Both the position numbers and the translations under genes were made by a program. A stretch of DNA of 64,000 nt, taken from assembly GCF_006345805.1 (NCBI RefSeq), contig NC_043004.1:5518001-5582000 (forward strand). Direction: 5' to 3'. The notes under the pieces were generated by a model. It did not search any database and was not told where the DNA came from. It saw nothing but the letters and a program-made list of their open reading frames with translations. Positions 24,790 to 36,169 of this stretch are shown here, one piece after another. The DNA comes from Octopus sinensis (taxonomy: Eukaryota). How positions within the stretch are numbered: the first letter of the stretch is position 1; the number at the start of each line of letters is the position of its first letter.

Positions 24790-26150
24790 AATGAGCTACA
24801 CTAGTTTTGGAATCCACCTCTGATACGTGGCACTTGATCAACAAGGGAGTTCGATGCTGTGCTGCATCCGCGCTCTCTGTCGTGAGGTAGGTTCATCTGG
24901 GACTCCCAACAAGAAGAGATCCAGTTAGTTTTAAAGAAACCCACATCCACACCATTGAAGTCTCTCAGGCATTTAGGGAGGATGTTAAAGAGCTGTGGTC
25001 CTCTGAAACCCAAGCTGTTGCAGTATCGGACCTGTATTTTGATGGTGATGTTGGAATCCTTGGCAACAGCAGCGGCGCCCTGTTCTGCGGTTGGAGTAAC
25101 TTTGAATGCCAAAGTTTGGGACAAGACCTCCAGGATTTTCAGATGTATAGCACTGCATATCTCTCCTGCCTCCGCTCTAGGGAGAAGAGGTTTATACCTT
25201 CAGTCTTTCCAGTAGCTGATATTTTGCATTGAGACGATTTTCTTTGTGTAGCTTCTATGAATTGCTTCGAGTTCTGCTGTTTGTTTATATGGTGGTGACC
25301 AAAGTTGGAGAAGTAGTCCAAGCGGCTGAGGACGAATGTTTTCCATAGGACATCAGTGTCTCCTTCTCTCTTGTTCTGAAAGTTCGGAGAATCCATCCAG
25401 CTGCCGGTCTGCATTTTATCACCAGATTAGCAATATGCATTTGGAAAGATGCATCTTGCTCATGTCAATGCCAGGTCATGCACTGATTTTGACTCAGGGA
25501 TTGCAATTCTTCCTGGGCCAGTGTATCCAGTCTTCACGTCATTACCTTTGTGTGCCAATAGGCAGGGCCTGGAACTTAGCCTGCATTAACACTCATGTTG
25601 TTGTCCTCAGCCCACCGTATATTGTGTCCAGCTCATGTTGCAGATGCGCAATATTTTCAGGGTTTGTATTGCGTGGGAGACTTTTGTGTCATCTGCATAG
25701 CTCGCAAGGGTGGTCATCATAGCAACTGAAGGCATGTCTGAAGGGCCATATGAACATCAGTGACCCAAGACAGTGCCCTGTGGGACACCGCTTGTTATTT
25801 GCGTTTCCTTGGAGGTGGCTCCATTGCTCACAACTGCCGTTTTTCTGTCTTTGAGGAAGGTGTGCAGCCACTCTCCAAGTTTCCCGCATATGCCGAGACC
25901 ACGCAGTTTGTGACAGATATCATACCATGGTCGACTTTATCAAAGGCTTTTGCAAAGTCGAGATATATTACATCCACATTTGAGCCATTTAGTAGCTGTT
26001 TCAACACCCAGTCATAGTGTTGCAGGAGCTGTGTTAGGCAGCCTCTACCTGGTTGAAATCCATGCTGGGTGTCAGACAGCAAGTCATTTTCTTCAAGGAA
26101 CATGATTAGTTTCTTACGGACTATTCGTTCCATGACTATTCGTTCCATGA
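24790..26150 (-). mobile_element. CR1-group LINE RT and 3' fragment (frameshifted)
   Basis: QHGFQPGRGCLTQLL...DVIYLDFAKAFDKVDH, GVPQGTVLG and YADDTK motifs; 3' part FRGPQLFNILP. Confidence 0.9.
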
Positions 26151-26187
26151 TATATATATATATATATGTATGTATATATATATATAT

Positions 26188-26510
26188 GAAGGCGCATGGC
26201 TCAGTGGTTAGAGCGTCGAGCTTACGATCGTGAAGTTGTGAGCTCGAATCCCGGACCGGGCTGCGTGTTGTGTTCTTGAGCAAGGCACTTTATTTCACGT
26301 TGCTCCAGTTCACTCAGCTGTAGAAATGAGTTGCGACGTCACTGGTGCCAAGCTGTATCGACCTTTGTCTTTCCCTTGGATAACACTGGTGGTGTGGAGA
26401 GGGGAGGCTGGTATGCATGGGCGACTGCTGGTCTTCCATAAACAACCTTGCCCGAACTTTCTAGGTGCAATCCCATGGTCATTCATGACCGAAGGGGGTC
26501 TTTACCCTTT
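26188..26510 (+). mobile_element. tRNA-derived SINE family B2
   Basis: ggcgcatggctcagtggttagagcg head, gagctcgaatccc B box, tail gaccgaagggggtctttaccc. Confidence 0.92.
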
Positions 26511-26567
26511 AATATATATATATGTATATATTATGTATATATATGATATATATATATGTATATGTAG

Positions 26568-26604
<37 letters not shown>

Positions 26605-26672
26605 GTATATATGTATGTATATATATATGTATATATGTATGTATAATATAATATATATATGTATATATGTAA

Positions 26673-26740
<68 letters not shown>

Positions 26741-26785
26741 ATATATATATAATATGTATGTAATATAGATTATTGCATATATGTA

Positions 26786-26855
<70 letters not shown>

Positions 26856-26859
<4 letters not shown>

Positions 26860-26960
26860 GGTCCCGGGTTGATTCGGAGTTAACCACAGTAAATAAGGTA
26901 CTCAATACATAGCAGAGTAAAATTAATTTATTATATAGAAGGAGCTTCTACAGGACTAGA
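26856..26960 (-). mobile_element. Penelope-like terminal repeat, partial copy
   Basis: gtaggtcccgggttgattcggagttaacc...ggagcttctacaggactaga matches 29722-29820. Confidence 0.6.
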
Positions 26961-27008
26961 TACCCATCTACACATATGTATGTGTGTGTATATACAGATG
27001 TGTAGATG

Positions 27009-27049
<41 letters not shown>

Positions 27050-27141
27050 GTAGGTATGTAGAGTTATACGTATGTGCATGTATGTGTGTATATGTGCATA
27101 TATGTAGATGGGTGTATATATGTATATATAGTGTATGTATG

Positions 27142-27172
<31 letters not shown>

Positions 27173-27216
27173 ATATATATATTATACATGTGTATGAGTA
27201 TGTATGTGTGTATATA

Positions 27217-27256
<40 letters not shown>

Positions 27257-27632
27257 ATGTTTACATGAATGTTTCCGTCTGTATAAAGGGTAACTGCATG
27301 TATATATACTTATTATTTATTACTTATTACTTATTATTTATTACTTGAGTATGCGTTTGTATGCATGTATGTATTTATGTATATAAGGTGGCGCGTGAGT
27401 GTATGTATGTGTATGCACTTGTATAGAAATATGTATACATTTATGCATGTATGTACTTATGTGTATATATGTGTATATATATATGTGTGTATGTGTATGT
27501 GTGTGTGTATGAGTATGTATGTATGTATACACACATGTGTATATATATATATATGTATATATATATATGTATGTATATGTGTGTGTATGTATGTATATGT
27601 GTGTGTATGAGTATGTATGTATGTATACACAC

Positions 27633-27666
<34 letters not shown>

Positions 27667-27963
27667 GTGTGTATATGTATGTGTGTGTGTGTATATATAT
27701 ATGTGTGTGTGTGTATGTGTGTATATGTATGTATATATATATTATATATATATAATATATATGTGTTTGTGTATGTGTATGTGTATATATGTGTGTATAT
27801 ATAATATATATATTTATATATATATGTATGTATATATATGATATGTATATGTAGTGTATATGTATATGTACATATACGTGTACACTCGTGTGTTTATGTA
27901 TATGTAGGTACGTAGAGTTATGTATGTATGTATGTATATATACATATGGTGTAAATATGGTAA

Positions 27964-28039
<76 letters not shown>

Positions 28040-28288
28040 GTTGTACGTTTATATGTATGTATCCGTCTGTATAATAGGTGACTGCATGTACTATATAATT
28101 AAGAATTATTTTTTGGAGTATGCATGTATATATATATGAATAACTGCACGTATATATATTTTATTATTTATTTTTGAGTATGCATGTAAGTATATGAACA
28201 TAAGGAGGGCGCGCGTGTGTGTGTGAAGTGTGTGTATGTATATGTATATGTATGTATGTGTGTATATATATATATATGTGTACATATA

Positions 28289-28335
<47 letters not shown>

Positions 28336-28925
28336 GTATATATATGTATGTGTATGTGTATGTATGCGTGTATATGCATGTATATGTATATGTGTGGGGG
28401 GGTGTGTATGTGTATGTATGTATGGGTGTTATAGTATATATATACGTATATATATATATATATTATATATATATATGTGTATGTGTATGTATGTATGTAG
28501 GTGTATATGTAATGTGTATATATATTTATGGTGTATATGTATGGACTAGTCTTCTGTGGGTGTATTGAGGTATGTGTAGTGTAAGCGTTTAGACATGAAT
28601 CTGTAGGTACGCATACGTATGTGTATATATGTGAATGTATGTAGATGTATGTATGTATGAATATAACGCGTGCGTGCGTGTATGTGTATGAGTGTACGAA
28701 TGAGTGAGTGTGCGTGCGAATGAGATGCGTGCGTGAGTGAGTGCTTGTGTTCGAGTAGAAAGATAAATGGATTTGCTGTCGTCCCCAGGGGGACGATAGC
28801 CAGATGCTTGTGACCCGCGGTCAAAGATAACAAAAGTAATAAATGAAGATAATAATGAAATAAAATAAGGGAATGGGTTTGATGTGTATGTATATGTGTG
28901 TACGTGTAGGTATGTATAGGTACAC

Positions 28926-28968
<43 letters not shown>

Positions 28969-29289
28969 ACATGGACACATGTGTGTGCATGTGTGTATGT
29001 ATATATGTGTGTGTTGTGTGTATGTGTATGTGTTGATGTATATATTGTGTGTATTATGTATGTGGGGCGTATGTGTATATACATGTATATATATATATAT
29101 ATATAAAATGTATATATATGTATATGTGTATATGTGTGTGTATGTATATATATGTGGTATATGTATGTGTGTATGTATATGTGTGTGCGTGTGTGTATAT
29201 ATATACATATGTGTATATGTATAAGTGAGAATCTCCTTATTTACCTAAAAACTCTATTCTGCTATTTATTTTTTATTCTTTATTTATTT

Positions 29290-29500
29290 TTTTATCTAAT
29301 TTACCACTGACTCATGACCACTCCCCTAAGTATGATATTTTGCGCTATGCCTACACCCAAAAAGTCCCCCACCACCACCCCCTTTAAACCTGCCTAAATG
29401 TATAATGCAAATACAATTCTTTGTTAACTAGCTTCCTGATGATTTCTCTTGAATGAAACAGTTCTAGTCCTGTATAGAAGCTCCTTCTATATAATAAATA
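29290..29500 (+). mobile_element. Penelope-like terminal repeat copy
   Basis: Same sequence at 29790-29990 (inverted) and 30950-31150 (direct); carries a hammerhead fold followed by AATAAA. Confidence 0.6.
29430..29482 (+). ncRNA. Hammerhead ribozyme fold (2-nt insertion at the cleavage site)
   Basis: AGCTTC-CTGATGA-TTTC(tctt)GAAT-GAAA-CAG(ttctagtc)CTG-TA-ta-GAAGCT. Confidence 0.6.
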
Positions 29501-29534
<34 letters not shown>

Positions 29535-29567
29535 TATAAACTGTATATATGTATGTATATATATATA

Positions 29568-29614
<47 letters not shown>

Positions 29615-29719
29615 GGATATATATAGGTATATATGTATATAAATATATATCTATATATTATATATATATATTATATATATATATATATAATATATATATA
29701 TATGATATATATACTATAT

Positions 29720-29990
29720 ATGTAGGTCCAGGGTTGATCCGGGGTTAACCAAAGTAATAATGGGTACTCAATAACATAGCAGAGTAAAATAATTTATTAT
29801 ATAGGGAGCTTCTACAGGTAGTACTGTTTCATTCAAGAGAAATCTTCAGGAAGCTATAACAAGAATTGCATTAGCATTTATACATGTAGGGGTGGGGGAC
29901 TTTTTTGGGGGTAGGCATAGCGCAAAATATCATACTTGGGGAGTGGTCAAGGAGTCAGTGGTAAGTTAGTAAAGAATAGATAAATAAAAA
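29720..29990 (-). mobile_element. Penelope-like terminal repeat copy (inverted)
   Basis: Reverse complement of 29290-29500 and 30950-31150, plus the 26856 terminus. Confidence 0.6.
29807..29855 (-). ncRNA. Minimal type-I hammerhead ribozyme fold
   Basis: Reverse complement reads AGCTTC-CTGAAGA-TTTC(tctt)GAAT-GAAA-CAG(tactac)CTG-TA-GAAGCT: full CUGANGA/GAAA/UH core with 6-bp stem I. Confidence 0.75.
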
Positions 29991-30200
29991 AATAAATAAA
30001 AAATAAAAAAAATAAAAAAAAAAATAAAAAATAAAAAATAATAAAAAAAAAAAAAATAAAAATAAAAAAAAAAAAAAAAATAAAAAAATAAAAAATAAAA
30101 AAAATAAAAAATAAAATGTGTGCACATACTATACATAAACACATATACTACAAACACAATACGTACACAGGTTGTGCCTAGACATACATACACATACCAC

Positions 30201-30244
<44 letters not shown>

Positions 30245-30939
30245 ATATATATTATATATAATATATATAATATACACAATCAAATACAGGCCATTCCCTA
30301 ATTTTAATTTTATTATCTTCATTTATTCTTTTGTTATTTTGAGCGCTAGGGCTAAGGATCCTGGCGATGGCAGCATGTCCAATTGTCTGTCTACTAGAAG
30401 GCAAGAACTCGTTACGCCGCACCACTCATAGCACGTACATACACCCATTGCGTACAATCAACACATACACGTACGCACGGGTTAATTCATACATACAAAC
30501 ATCTACAACGTTCACGTATAACACATCGTACTCGATTACCTACAGATTCATGTCTACACTTAGGAGGCTAGTCTATATATATACACCAATAAATATACAT
30601 ATATATATTTATATATATATATATATATACACATACCACCCACACACCCACACATATATATATATACTCCTACATACAGATACATACCCATATAATAATA
30701 CACATACACACACATACAATAGATATATATTATATATTATAATACATATAAATACATATATATATATATATTATATATATATAATATATATACATACATA
30801 CCCACCACACACATATATATACACACACATACATACAATAGGTTTTTTTTATTTTTTTTTATTTTTGTTATTTTTATTATTTTTTATTTTTATTTGTTAT
30901 TTTTTATTTTTTATTTTATTTTTATTTTATTTTTTTATT

Positions 30940-31150
30940 TATCTATTCTTTCATCTTACTTACCACTGACTCCTTGACCATCCCCCAGTATGATATTTTG
31001 CGCATCCTAACCCCAAAAAGTCCCCAACCACACCACTCTTTAAACCTGCCTACATGTATAAATGCTAATACAATTCTTGTTAAATAGCTTCCTGAAGATT
31101 TCTCTTGAATGAAACAGTACTAGTCTGTAGAAGCTCCTTATATAATAAAT
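30940..31150 (+). mobile_element. Penelope-like terminal repeat copy
   Basis: taccactgactccttgacc...gtagaagctccttatataataaa. Confidence 0.6.
31086..31135 (+). ncRNA. Minimal type-I hammerhead ribozyme fold
   Basis: AGCTTC-CTGAAGA-TTTC(tctt)GAAT-GAAA-CAG(tACTAGT)CTG-TA-GAAGCT; loop III holds the palindrome ACTAGT. Confidence 0.78.
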
Positions 31151-31349
31151 AAATATATTTATATATATATTATATATGAATAAAATATATTTGTAGTGTA
31201 CAATAGCATATTGGTATAATAACAATGTTAGTCAAAAGAAAGAGATTATTCCTTTGTGTGTGTATGTGTGTGTGTGTGTGTGTAGAGAGAGAGAGAGGGG
31301 ACATAGAAAGTCTCCAAGTTTTCCAAAGAAATGAAATGGAATAAAACTA

Positions 31350-31585
31350 AATAACATCATCATCATTGTCATCATCACTATCATCTTCATCAGTTAATGT
31401 CCATCTTCCATGCTGGCATTGGTCGGACAGTCAGGCTGGAGCTGGTAAGCTGGAGATCTGCGCCAAGCGTCATTGTCTGTTTTGGCATGGCTTCTACAGC
31501 TGGAAGCCCTCCCTAACGCCAACCACTTTACAGAGTGTACTGGGTGCTTTTTATGATGTGACAGCACTGGTGCTTTTTACATGAT
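31350..31585 (-). mobile_element. RTE 3' tail copy
   Basis: (CAT)n...ttccatgctggcattgg...ctacagctggaagccctccctaacgccaaccac. Confidence 0.8.
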
Positions 31586-31816
31586 GTTCAATGATGTGCT
31601 CATTCTATTGTCAGTGTATTGTGTTCTCTCGGATGTCCCTGTTTCCAACATTTTGTGAAAACCTTGGGAAAATATTATTGGGAAATACTTTGTTGCGAAA
31701 CAGATGAGGTACTGGTAGAGGAATGGCATACAACCATTGGAAACCTATCCTGATGAATTTTGTTGAACCCATGCATGGAAAAGTGAGCAATAAACTGCTG
31801 TTGAGAATGCTGACGT

Positions 31817-31854
<38 letters not shown>

Positions 31855-33089
31855 TATTTCAGTTAATTAGAAATTCTGACCAATGAGAAATTTGTAGGCT
31901 GGTGTCATATTTTAGTCTTTTTAAAAAATAAAAACATGCAGGCTTTCGCTGTCTTCACTATCTTAGCTCTGTCCATCAAACATCCTAACTTTACTTTCCA
32001 CTTTCATTCTCTGGCCAGCAGTTAACACCTTTCTTGGTCTAGCCTTGACACATCAATTTCTACCAGTTTAAATACATCTATGTTCATTGGATTTTACCTT
32101 TCACTGACAGCTTTTTATCTTGTAAACATTTAATTTTATAGTACAAATGATCCCATGACAAAGACTTGACAATATCTATGTATATTTTTTTTAGCACATG
32201 TTTAGAATGTTAATTTATGTAGTTGACTTATTGATGTACATTTTTACAAATGCATTTATGAAAACTTCATTTTAGTTGTGTCTGGGGAGAGTAATTTTCT
32301 TTTTGTGCCATATAATTTAACACACTCACCGGTAAAATTTCCACTTATTTCTTATTTTTATTTTCCTAAAATTTTCGTTGCGTCTTGCAACCTTTCATTT
32401 TGGTTGTTGTAAATTAAATTCTTAAATTTCCTATGTTTGAATTCTATCCTGTATTTTCAAACCATGTAATCAAACTGTGTAATCCATATTACCTTATTCT
32501 ACTTAACAGATTGCAAGTATTTTTTTTCTTTTAATAAAAAAAAATCATACATAATAAATTCTAGTAATATATATGAACAATTTTTAGTTTCCTAAAAAGA
32601 GTGACCTTGAAATTCAATCAAGGCAGTCATATTTCTGATTTGACAGCTAAATATTTGAACAAGACTACAATTTGAGACCTGAATTCAGAACAGACATCTT
32701 TTGTGATTACAATAGCACAGCAGGTCTTTATATTTTTTACACTGTTGACCAGCATGTGGTTTATTAGCTCTTTCACATTTTCTACATTGTTTCCAGTTTA
32801 TAATCATCTTAAGGGTGTTTTCCTTTCAGCTATCAATTCAGCTCATTTTGTCTTCACATTTGAAAGTCAACTTTCACCTCTATTATCAATTCGCTGCAGT
32901 TAGAAATAAATGTAATCAACTATGATACAACAGCTACCAGTGATGAGGACCTTGACCGACAGTGTAGTAACACAGTTGAACCACAGTCTATGTAAATGAA
33001 ATGGCTCAAATGTAGAGTGACCATCTCTCAACAAAATTCAAGAAAGATGAAGCACCAACACCTATAAAGCCAGAAATTCCTGTTTTATG

Positions 33090-33310
33090 TATGATGGGGT
33101 GGTGAAAGATTCCTGGCTTTAAGGGTTTTGTGAAATGCCTGGTTGAAGGCCCAGCATTCTGAGTTCTTTTACAGGGCTTAGAAAAAATGCGGGACGGCTG
33201 CAATGAGTGTGTGAATCTGAGAGGGGAATATGTTGATTAAAATCATAATTAACTGATCCACCTGTATTTTCTTTTAATTAAAGCCAAGAACTTTTCAGCA
33301 GCCCCTTATA
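33090..33310. mobile_element. Mariner-derived MITE
   Basis: TA-flanked TIRs (ggggtggtgaaagattcctggcttt / aaagccaagaacttttcagcagcccct); reverse copy of 57667-57884. Confidence 0.8.
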
Positions 33311-33590
33311 AATGGACTGTCTTGAGCAGTTTATATATTCTGCTAATTCTTTCCACCACTGTTACTCTTTTTACAGTGTTATTAAATCTTACAAATGAAA
33401 ATCAAGATTTCCGAACCAACATCTTGTAATAAGATCTGGGCTTGGGGATGTTCCTGTTACCAATTTTGGCAAGACTATTTCTAGTTCTGTACCTTTGATT
33501 TCATAAGTTTTTACTCAACATACTTGTATTATCCCTATTCTAATTATTTATCCATTTGGATCAAGATATATATATATATATAATATAATA

Positions 33591-33648
<58 letters not shown>

Positions 33649-33698
33649 AATATATATATATATATAATATATATGTGTATATATAATATATATATATA

Positions 33699-33741
<43 letters not shown>

Positions 33742-33784
33742 TATATATATATATATGTATATATATTATATATATTATATATCT

Positions 33785-33815
<31 letters not shown>

Positions 33816-33834
33816 CATACATACATATAAGAGG

Positions 33835-34710
33835 CCAACATAATGCGTCAGGCTACATCGAACATCCCAAACATACATATTGGAGACCACAGATTACAGG
33901 AGGTGGAGAAGTTTACCTATCTTGGCTCTACCGTCACCTACAACCTATCCCTTGACGCTGAGCTCAATATACGCATTGGCAAGGCAGCTGCTGCGATGGC
34001 CCAACTCTCCAAACGGGCATGGGACAACAATAAGCTGACCAAGACCATGATAATGAAGATCTACCAGGCATGTGTACTTAGCACTCTACTGTATGGAAGT
34101 GAGACTTGGACGCTATACACATGCCAAGAGCGTCGCCTAAACATCTTTCACCTGCGCTGCCTCCGGAAAATCCTCCGCATCAATTGGCAGAATCATATCC
34201 CCAACAAAGATGTCCTCAAGCAAGCAGGAATACCAAGCATGTTTGCACTCCTCACACGGCATGTTAGCCGTATGAAAGATGGCAGAATCCCCAAGGACAT
34301 ACTCTACGGAGAGCTTGCTAGGGGTACTAGTTCTGTGGGTAGACCGTTCTTACGTTACAAGGATGTTTGCAAAAGGGATATGAAGGCCTGCAACATCAGT
34401 ATTAGCAGTTGGGAAGCAATTGCCAGCAACCATGGAGATTGGCGACGTACCGTAAAAGAGGGAATACAAAGGAGTGACAGAGAGAGAGAGGAGAAATGGA
34501 AAGACAAGAAAAGACGTCAACAAGAAACTATGACATTACAACCAGCCAGGAACAGTCTTCGCTACATTTGCGGTACCTGCCAGAGGGAGTGTTTGTCCAG
34601 GATAGGACTACACAGCCACAGCAGGAAGTGTATCAGGACATGAAATGTAAAAGCCGGACTATTTTATGTGCAGCTCCATTGTCTCCCGAGACAAAAAGGA
34701 TGCCAACAAT
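33835..34710 (+). mobile_element. RTE (BovB-like) LINE 3' fragment with a 266-aa open ORF
   Basis: VEKFTYLGS...IYQACVLSTLLYGSETW...IPKDILYGEL...C-terminal CGTCQRECLSRIGLHSHSRKC. Confidence 0.93.
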
Positions 34711-34733
34711 ATATATACATATATATATATACA

Positions 34734-34787
34734 AAACCTGTTACTCTGAGTTTCACGTTGCAACGTGAAACTCAGAGTAACAGGTTT
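34734..34787. repeat. Perfect 54-bp palindrome
   Basis: aaacctgttactctgagtttcacgttg|caacgtgaaactcagagtaacaggttt; 27 pairs checked by hand. Confidence 0.95.
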
Positions 34788-34824
34788 GTTGAATTTTCTG
34801 CTGCTTTATATATATATATATATA

Positions 34825-35891
34825 TATTAATAAATAAAATAAAAACATATGCATATATATAAACATATATGTACGTACCTACCTCTACATGTACATATAC
34901 ACGCATATATGAGTACAGGACACCAAAAGGACGTCGAACACAATGAGAAACGAAAACATAGACACAAACCAAAGGAACTGGACATTTTTTTAAAAACAGC
35001 AAAAAAATAGAGTACAGGTCAATTAACACAAAGAACAAACCCCTTCTTCAGTCTCTAAAGGTTTCATCTACTCTACATTTCGAAGGATAAAAGCGAGACG
35101 TATCTTCGACAAGAAAACTTTCTTTCCTGCGAAAAGCAAATCAATTAAAATTCTGAGATCTTTTCGCAGAGGGGTAAAAATGGTAACAACAGTACAAATT
35201 GTAAACAGTAAAAGACAGGACAAGAAAAAAACAAGATAAGAAGGGCTGTTAACGCTGAACGAAAAAAAGTATTGCAAACGCAGAATTTTTTATGGACGAT
35301 GAGCGGAGCTAAAAGAATTGTCGTCCATTACTTTGAGAGAGCCAGGGGAGAGAGACCAGCAGCGGAAGTGACGTCGCGGGTGAACGACGGGAAGGCAGAA
35401 GTCACGTCGGGGGTGAATGACGGGAAGGGGGGAGGAGGAGCAAGAGAAAGGGAGGGAAGAAGGGGAATGGCTGCGAGGAAACCAAAAAGAATGGAGAGGG
35501 AGAGAGAGAGAGAGTGAAGAATGGGAGAGAGGAAGAGACAAGTTAAGTAGAGGAAAAGGAAATCAAAGAATGAAGGCTGAGAAAGGGATGGGACAGAAAG
35601 GTTAAGAGTGCGCGTCAGAGTTAATATCAAGAACAAAACTTGATATAAAGAACAATCTTGCTTAAGGGGGTGCGTGCGTTGTCATATAATATATTAATAA
35701 ATAAAATAAAACATATGCATATATATAAACATATATGTATGTACCTACCTCTACATGTACATATACACACATATATGAGTACAGGACACCAAAAGGACGT
35801 CAAACACAATGAGAAACGAAAACATAGACACAAACCAAAGGAACTGGACATTTTTTTAAAAACAGCAAAAAAGTAGAGTACAGGACAATTA
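34825..35891. repeat. About 200-bp direct repeats (34825-35025 and 35692-35891) flanking a non-coding spacer
   Basis: gagtacaggacaccaaaaggacgtc...caaaccaaaggaactggacatttttt is present in both copies. Confidence 0.9.
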
Positions 35892-36112
35892 ATTGTTGTA
35901 TTTTGGTATGGTCGTTTTTATATATTCGTTCTTCACTCATTTATTACTGTTTTTATTTTAACTCATGTCCATTGTCCAGAATTCTTTCGTCACACATCTG
36001 TGACCTCTTTAGCAACACTTTTCATATGTGCTCTTGATCCACTTACTCCATTCTGTTCTTCTCTCTCTCTATATATATATATCATATAAATCTACATGTG
36101 TATGAATATAAT

Positions 36113-36145
<33 letters not shown>

Positions 36146-36169
36146 ATAACATATATACATACATACATA

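Noticed and set aside
26188-26270. tRNA gene calls for SINE heads
   Set aside because: A and B boxes are present, but no complete cloverleaf was seen and the heads continue into SINE bodies.
32700-33060. Possible exon or hAT transposase remnant
   Set aside because: Only vague similarity (AELIAERKTP) and stops in all frames; ORF 33006-33203 mostly overlaps a MITE.
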